Of a DNA stretch of 64,000 bases, positions 58,396 to 64,000 are shown in pieces; position 1 is the first letter of the stretch, and each line of letters begins with the position of its first letter. A model generated the notes under the pieces. It was not told the origin of the DNA. It was given only the letters and a program-made list of their open reading frames with translations, and ran no database searches. This stretch comes from Dehalococcoidia bacterium (GTDB taxonomy: Bacteria > Chloroflexota > Dehalococcoidia > Plut-88900). The stretch is from the NCBI GenBank assembly GCA_965207225.1, contig CBDBLV010000005.1:512001-576000 (forward strand). The letters are read 5' to 3'. The position numbers were made by a program, and so were the translations under genes.

Positions 58396-58414
58396 CCCCT
58401 TGGAGGGTCGATTT

Positions 58415-59344
58415 ATGGTTGCACAGCTGGAAGAAAAAAAGACCGCTTTCATATTTCCGGGACAGGGGTCCCAGGTCGTCGGTATGGGTAAGGAGCTCTA
58501 CGACTCCTCTCCCACCGCCAAGTCCATCTTCGATGAGGCCGACGAAATCCTCGGCTTCTCCCTCACCAAACTCTGCTTCGAAGGACCCCAGGAGGAGCTG
58601 ACCCAGACCAACAACGCTCAGCCCGCCATCTTCACCACCAGCCTCGCCGCCCTCTCCGATATGAAGGAAAAGACTGGCCTGCAGGACGTTAAGCCCGCCT
58701 TCGTCGCTGGCCACAGCCTCGGCGAATACGTCGCCCTCGTCGCCGCCGACACCCTCTCCTTCTCCGAAGCCCTCCCCCTGGTCCGGGAGCGCGGCGAACT
58801 CATGCAGAGTGCCAACACCATCCAGCCCGGCGGCATGGCCGCCATCATCGGCCTGGACGAGTCCGCCACCGAGGAGATCTGTCAGCAGACCGGCATGCAG
58901 ATATCCAACATCAACTCCCGTGAGCAGATCGTCATCAGCGGCCCGAAGGCCAACGTCGCCAACGCCCTCGACCTCGCCCGCGCCCGAGGCGCCAAGAAGG
59001 TCGTCCCCCTCCCCGTCGGCTCGGCCTTCCACTCCAACCTCATGGAGCCCACCGTCGACCGCATGACCATCGCCATCGACCAGGTCAGCCTCAGCGATGC
59101 CCTCGTCCCCATCATAGCCAACAGCAGCGCCCAGCCCGTGGTCGCCGCCGGAGACATACGGGAAGAGCTTGTCTATCAGCTCTGTCACTGCGTCCACTGG
59201 CTCAGGAGCGTCGAGTACATGATCGGCGCCGGCGTCGACACCTTCGTCGAAATCGGCCCTGGCAAGATTCTCAGCAGCCTCGTCCGCCGCATCGACCCCT
59301 CCGTCACAGCCCTTCCCATCAACGACTTCCTGGCCGGCAAATAG
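58415..59344 (+). CDS. fabD: malonyl-CoA:ACP transacylase
   Basis: FPGQGSQ, AGHSLGEY, AFHS. ATG at 58415. Confidence 0.95.
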   Translation: MVAQLEEKKTAFIFPGQGSQVVGMGKELYDSSPTAKSIFDEADEILGFSLTKLCFEGPQEELTQTNNAQPAIFTTSLAALSDMKEKTGLQDVKPAFVAGHSLGEYVALVAADTLSFSEALPLVRERGELMQSANTIQPGGMAAIIGLDESATEEICQQTGMQISNINSREQIVISGPKANVANALDLARARGAKKVVPLPVGSAFHSNLMEPTVDRMTIAIDQVSLSDALVPIIANSSAQPVVAAGDIREELVYQLCHCVHWLRSVEYMIGAGVDTFVEIGPGKILSSLVRRIDPSVTALPINDFLAGK

Positions 59345-59367
59345 GAACCCAGCCCCCGAGCTATCAC

Positions 59368-60120
59368 GTGGATCAGAGCCTTGCGGGAAAGGTGGCCGTC
59401 GTAACCGGCGGCTCCCGGGGAATCGGACAGGCTATAGTCGTCAGGCTCGCCTCGGCAGGCGCCCGGGTTTCCGTCGGCGGCCTCAGTGACATCCCCGACA
59501 CCCGCTCCCTCCTCGAATCCGCCAACGTCTCTCCCGACAACCTCCTCTTCACCCGCGCCGACGTCACCTCCCCGGAAGACATCGACCGCCTCATCAAGAC
59601 CACCGTCGACGCCTTCGGCAAGATCGACGTCCTGGTCAACAACGCTGGCATCAACCGTGACGGCCTCCTTCTCCGCATGAAGGTCGAAGACTGGGACGCC
59701 GTCCTGACTACCAACCTGCGCGGCGCTTTCCTCTGCACGCAGAAGGTTCTCAGCGGCATGATGAAGAACCGCTCTGGACGCATCATCAACATTTCCAGCG
59801 TTGTCGGCGTGGCCGGAAACCCGGGCCAGGCCAACTATGCCGCCGCGAAGGCAGGCATCATCGGCCTGACCAAGACCACCGCCCGGGAAGTCGCCTCCCG
59901 CGGCATCACCGTGAACGCCGTCGCCCCAGGCTTCATAGAGACCGACATGACCGCCAAGCTCAACGACCAGGTCCGTGAGAGGCTTCGTGCCCAGATCCCC
60001 CAGGCCCGCTTCGGTACACCCGACCAGGTCGCCGACCTCGTTGAGTTCCTCGCCTCCGACCGTTCGTCTTACATCACCGGCCAGGTGATTAACGTCGACG
60101 GCGGGATGTTCATGACGTAG
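59368..60120 (+). CDS. fabG: 3-oxoacyl-ACP reductase
   Basis: TGGSRGIG, NNAGINRDGLL, GQANYAAAKAG. Confidence 0.95.
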   Translation: MDQSLAGKVAVVTGGSRGIGQAIVVRLASAGARVSVGGLSDIPDTRSLLESANVSPDNLLFTRADVTSPEDIDRLIKTTVDAFGKIDVLVNNAGINRDGLLLRMKVEDWDAVLTTNLRGAFLCTQKVLSGMMKNRSGRIINISSVVGVAGNPGQANYAAAKAGIIGLTKTTAREVASRGITVNAVAPGFIETDMTAKLNDQVRERLRAQIPQARFGTPDQVADLVEFLASDRSSYITGQVINVDGGMFMT

Positions 60121-60133
60121 CCCCCTTCTGGTT

Positions 60134-60544
60134 ATGCCCGGCCCCCGGCGAAAAGGCAGGATTCTAGCCCTGCAGACTCTTTACGAGGTTGACACCGCCC
60201 GCCACGATGTCAACGCCATCCTCAAACGCTCCGGCAAAAGCAAGGACATCCCTCAGGATTCCTGGTCTTTCGGCGCCGAGCTTGCCAGGGGCGTAGTGGC
60301 CCGGGTCGCAAGCATCGACCGCATCATCGAGTCCTTCGCCCCCAACTGGCCCGTCGCCCAACTCTCCTCCATCGATCGCAACATCCTTCGCATAGCCGTC
60401 TACGAGATTACCCTCCCCACCGATACCCCTCCCAAGGCCGTCGCCAACGAGGCCGTGGAGCTCGCCAAGGCCTTCGGCAGCGACAGTTCGCACCGTTTCG
60501 TGAACGGTGTACTGGGCAGCCTGCTCGCCGAACGCCACGCTTGA
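60134..60544 (+). CDS. nusB: transcription antitermination factor
   Basis: RRKGRILALQTLYE, DRNILR, NEAVELAK.FG, FVNGVL. Confidence 0.95.
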   Translation: MPGPRRKGRILALQTLYEVDTARHDVNAILKRSGKSKDIPQDSWSFGAELARGVVARVASIDRIIESFAPNWPVAQLSSIDRNILRIAVYEITLPTDTPPKAVANEAVELAKAFGSDSSHRFVNGVLGSLLAERHA

Positions 60545-60604
60545 CACGGCGCCCTTCGACCCTTTACATATACGCAATTTGCAGTTGCCCATAGGAGAAT
60601 CTAC

Positions 60605-60865
60605 ATGTCCGAAATCAACGACAGAGTTACGAAAATCATCGTCGAGCAACTCGGCGTTGAAGAGTCCGAAGTTACACCCTCCGCTTCCTTCATCGATGAC
60701 CTCAACGCCGACTCCCTTGACCTCGTGGAGCTCATCATGGCCCTTGAGGACGAGTTCAGCGAAGGCGACCAGAAGCTTGAGATCGCCGACGAAGACGCCG
60801 AGAAGATCCTGACGGTCCAGGACGCCATCGACTTCATCTCCGAAAACGTGGACACGGGCTCGTAA
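60605..60865 (+). CDS. acpP: acyl carrier protein
   Basis: [17 protein letters not shown]. Confidence 0.96.
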   Translation: MSEINDRVTKIIVEQLGVEESEVTPSASFIDDLNADSLDLVELIMALEDEFSEGDQKLEIADEDAEKILTVQDAIDFISENVDTGS

Positions 60866-61100
60866 GCCCCGGCTCAAAGTACCCCCTCTCTTCAGTCACC
60901 CCCTTTCCCCAACGCGTCGGGGTGGTGTTGCGGCCCGTTTCCCCCCGATGCTATACTCCTGGAGCAATATTCGGTTTTGTAATGTTTTATAAGCTCGATG
61001 AAAGCGAGCATGCTGGTTCCCCGCCCCGATACGGCCCTTAGCTTCCGGAAGTTCTATCCTCCCTCGGCCTTGACCAGCCGGGCGAAAGGGAAAGCCACCC

Positions 61101-61697
61101 TTGCAGTTTGAACTTCTGCATGAGCAGATTAAGCAGTGCACAGCCTGTGGCCTTTGCCAAGGTCGTACTAACGTCGTCCCTGGCGAGGGCCCCGAACGCC
61201 CGAGAATCATGTTCATAGGTGAAGGCCCCGGCTTCCACGAAGATAAGCAGGGCAGACCCTTTGTCGGCCCTGCCGGCAAATTCCTCGAAGAGCTGCTCGC
61301 CACCATCGACCTGACTAGAGAAGAGGTCTACATAACCAACATAATCAAGTGCCGTCCCCCTGGGAACCGGGACCCCCTCCCCGACGAGGTGAACGCCTGC
61401 AATTCCTGGCTTGAACAGCAGATAGATCTCCTCGCGCCGGAGCTAATTGTCACTTTGGGAAGGCATTCGATGGCCCGCTTCTTCCCTGGCCAAACTATAG
61501 GGAAAATGCATGGGAAGCTCGGTAGTGTGGATGGACAGAAAGTGTTCGCCATGTACCACCCCGCCGCCGCCCTCCACCAACAGCGACTTAGAGACACCTT
61601 GATCGAGGATATGAAGAAGATTCCGGAGGCACTGGCTCAGGAGGACCAGCAGCAGCCCCCGGAAGAGGAACAGCCCGAGCAATTATCCATGTTTTAG
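61101..61697 (+). CDS. uracil-DNA glycosylase, family 4
   Basis: C..C.L, GEGPG..ED..GRPFVG, KCRPP.NR, YHPAAAL. Confidence 0.93.
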   Translation: MQFELLHEQIKQCTACGLCQGRTNVVPGEGPERPRIMFIGEGPGFHEDKQGRPFVGPAGKFLEELLATIDLTREEVYITNIIKCRPPGNRDPLPDEVNACNSWLEQQIDLLAPELIVTLGRHSMARFFPGQTIGKMHGKLGSVDGQKVFAMYHPAAALHQQRLRDTLIEDMKKIPEALAQEDQQQPPEEEQPEQLSMF

Positions 61698-61707
61698 ATT
61701 TTCCCCC

Positions 61708-63363
61708 ATGCACAAGTCTCCACTAAAAGTAACTCCACTAGGTGGTCTAGGTGAAATAGGAAAGAACATGCTGGCATTGGAATATGACGACGATATCGTC
61801 GTCATAGATGCCGGCGTGATGTTTCCCGGCGAAGACCTCCCGGGAATCGACCTCGTAATCCCGGACATCTCCTACCTCCTGCTGAATCCTTCCAGCGTTC
61901 GGGGTATCGTTATCACCCACGGCCATGAGGACCATACCGGCGCGCTTCCCTTCATCCTTGACCAGTTGAACGTTCCGGTCTATGCCCCGCGCCTTGCCGA
62001 GGGACTGATCTCCGCCAAGCTCAAGAGTCGCAGCCGGATAAAGGACGCCGATCTCAATGTCGCTACTCCCGGTGTGCCCTTCACCCTAGGCCCGTTCACA
62101 ATCGAGAGCTTCCGAGTCTGCCACAGCATCCCCGACTCCACCGGCTTGATCGTCAGATATCCTGGCGGCACGGTCGTCCACACCGGAGACTTCAAGTTTG
62201 ACCACACCCCCGTCGATGGCCGACCTGCTGATCTCGCCCGACTCGCCCAGCTCGGCAACGAGGGCGTCCAGCTCCTCCTCTCCGATTCCACCTATGCCGA
62301 GGTCCCCGGCTACACCCCCTCCGAGCAAACCGTGAGCGGTGCCCTGCGCCAGATTATGGGCGAGGCCCAGGGGCGGGTCATCATTGCCACCTTTGCCTCC
62401 CTCGTCTCCCGCGTTCAGCAGGTCATAGATTCCGCCGTTGCCAATGGACGGAAGGTCTGCATTGAGGGCCGCAGCATGGTTGAGAACGTCCAGCTCTCCA
62501 ATAATCTCGGCTATCTCGATGTCCCCGAGGGCGTTCTGGTCAGCCTCCCCGAGGCCCAAAAGCTCCCTCCCCAACAGGTCGCCATCGTGCTCACCGGTAC
62601 CCAGGGAGAGCCCTCCTCCGCCCTCACCAGGATCGCCAATGGTGAGCACAAACACATCGAAATCGAGACCGGTGACACCGTAGTCATGTCGGCTACACCT
62701 ATCCCCGGCAACCAGGCCCTTATTGGCAAGACCATCGATAAGCTGTTCCGGCTAGGTGCAGACGTTCTCTACGGCCGCATCAAGGAAGTCCACGTGCGCG
62801 GCCATGCCAGCCAGGAAGAGCTAAAGCTCATGCTTGGCCTCACCCGACCCCAATTCTTCGTCCCGGTCCACGGCGAACGGCGGCACCTCGTTGCCCACTC
62901 CAGGCTGGCCCAGTCCATGGGCGTTGCCGAGGAGAACACCTTCGTGCTGGACAACGGCGACGTCCTGGAGATCTCAGGAGAGTCCGCCCATGTCTCGGAT
63001 CGGGTACAGGCAGGTCCCGTATACCTTGATGGCAGTGGCCGCTGGTCCCTCGAAAGCGAGGTCCTCAAGGACCGCAGGAAGTTGGCCAGGTACGGCTTTG
63101 TTATAATTTCATTGAGTTTTGATAGCGAGACCGGCACAGTTTACGGAGACCCGGAAATCGTGACCCAGGGCTTTGCTGACACCTCCGAGACACCTGCCCT
63201 CATCGAAGGCACCCGCAGAGTAGTTATAGAAACCCTTGACCGGCTCAACGGCACCCTCACGGAAGCTAATTTGAAGTCCAGCGTTAAGTCCGCTTTGAAG
63301 AAATACTATCAACAAGAGACCAAGCGTCGCCCCATAATCCTTCCGATTGTTGTGGAGGGATAG
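61708..63363 (+). CDS. rnj: ribonuclease J
   Basis: LGGLGEIGKN, THGHEDH, HTGDFK, PVHGE. Confidence 0.95.
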   Translation: MHKSPLKVTPLGGLGEIGKNMLALEYDDDIVVIDAGVMFPGEDLPGIDLVIPDISYLLLNPSSVRGIVITHGHEDHTGALPFILDQLNVPVYAPRLAEGLISAKLKSRSRIKDADLNVATPGVPFTLGPFTIESFRVCHSIPDSTGLIVRYPGGTVVHTGDFKFDHTPVDGRPADLARLAQLGNEGVQLLLSDSTYAEVPGYTPSEQTVSGALRQIMGEAQGRVIIATFASLVSRVQQVIDSAVANGRKVCIEGRSMVENVQLSNNLGYLDVPEGVLVSLPEAQKLPPQQVAIVLTGTQGEPSSALTRIANGEHKHIEIETGDTVVMSATPIPGNQALIGKTIDKLFRLGADVLYGRIKEVHVRGHASQEELKLMLGLTRPQFFVPVHGERRHLVAHSRLAQSMGVAEENTFVLDNGDVLEISGESAHVSDRVQAGPVYLDGSGRWSLESEVLKDRRKLARYGFVIISLSFDSETGTVYGDPEIVTQGFADTSETPALIEGTRRVVIETLDRLNGTLTEANLKSSVKSALKKYYQQETKRRPIILPIVVEG

Positions 63364-63408
63364 GATTTTCACTATGAGCATTAAGTTACAAGGAAAGGAG
63401 GACCGGCT

Positions 63409-64000
63409 ATGGCTAGGTCAAAAGCCCTTCATGGTTCGCAAGACGGCTTACATTCTAGGGGTCCCACAGGATGGGACCTGAAGATGGGATTATCAGGAGG
63501 AGTCGACTCGAAGTCGCACTGGCTGTTTGTAGCAATAGTTCTCTTAATTCTTCTAACACCGCCAGCCGTAATCTTCCGGGAGACCCTCATCAGGATGTTC
63601 GGCGTTGCTTCGGGCCCGGTCGTTCTCATGATCGCCGTGTCTGCCGTGGTCGCCGTTAGACACCCGAGAAGTCTGCTGTTCAAGTTCAACTGGTGGCTGG
63701 CTGTCTTGACGGCTGGCGCCATTGTCTTCGGGATTATGGCGTTCTTCGAATTCGAATATGCCAATCTCAGGGACCTGACAATGGGTGGCGCCGTCGGAGA
63801 TGCGATTATTGGTGAAGCAGACAGGTGGGGCATAGCCCGACTTAGCGCTTTGGCGCTCTTGGCCTTCGTTTTGGTTGCACCCATGGTTTCCTATCAGGCC
63901 GCCCTAATGGCTGCCTTCTCCGTCATGTGGGTCTTAGTGTTCCTGTTCCGTCTTGCAGGCGTACTCGTTGAAAAGTTCCGGGACTGGCGCGATTCCCGAC
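63409..64000 (+). CDS. membrane protein N-terminus, possibly FtsK/SpoIIIE (runs off window)
   Basis: AAGGAGG SD, ATG at 63409, open frame with several TM helices. FtsK is inferred only from its position after rnj. Confidence 0.55.
   Translation, partial: MARSKALHGSQDGLHSRGPTGWDLKMGLSGGVDSKSHWLFVAIVLLILLTPPAVIFRETLIRMFGVASGPVVLMIAVSAVVAVRHPRSLLFKFNWWLAVLTAGAIVFGIMAFFEFEYANLRDLTMGGAVGDAIIGEADRWGIARLSALALLAFVLVAPMVSYQAALMAAFSVMWVLVFLFRLAGVLVEKFRDWRDSR

Overview
High-GC bacterial chromosome segment, most likely an aerobic Chloroflexota of the Dehalococcoidia/SAR202 type (inferred from the fabG-nusB-acpP order, F420 genes, DUF5667 anti-sigma and class V FBP aldolase/phosphatase). From left to right: a hopanoid operon (dxs, polyprenyl synthase, hpnH, hypothetical, hpnG, hpnA, and an shc cut by the window edge and missing from the ORF track); an MFS gene opposite three tandem glycine/sarcosine/betaine-reductase B-subunit paralogs with a vapBC module among them; a lower-GC methyltransferase + AlkB island; a promoter-driven, highly base-paired ~490-nt non-coding region (candidate large ncRNA); fbp-rdgB-moaC; a full caa3-type oxidase locus with three Rex-like boxes; F420 genes (npdG, cofE, cofC, cofD); a sugar kinase/aldolase operon; an ECF sigma/anti-sigma pair; an ABC exporter pair; ruvB; yceD-rpmF-fabD-fabG-nusB-acpP; udg; rnj. 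Intergenic DNA is rich in REP-like palindromes, all in the same orientation. One ~118-bp family (6 copies) has constant flanks and a hairpin of constant length whose stem sequence differs between copies yet stays fully paired. No rRNA, tRNA, CRISPR array or transposase was recognised. All product calls come from motif recognition by eye; no database search was run.
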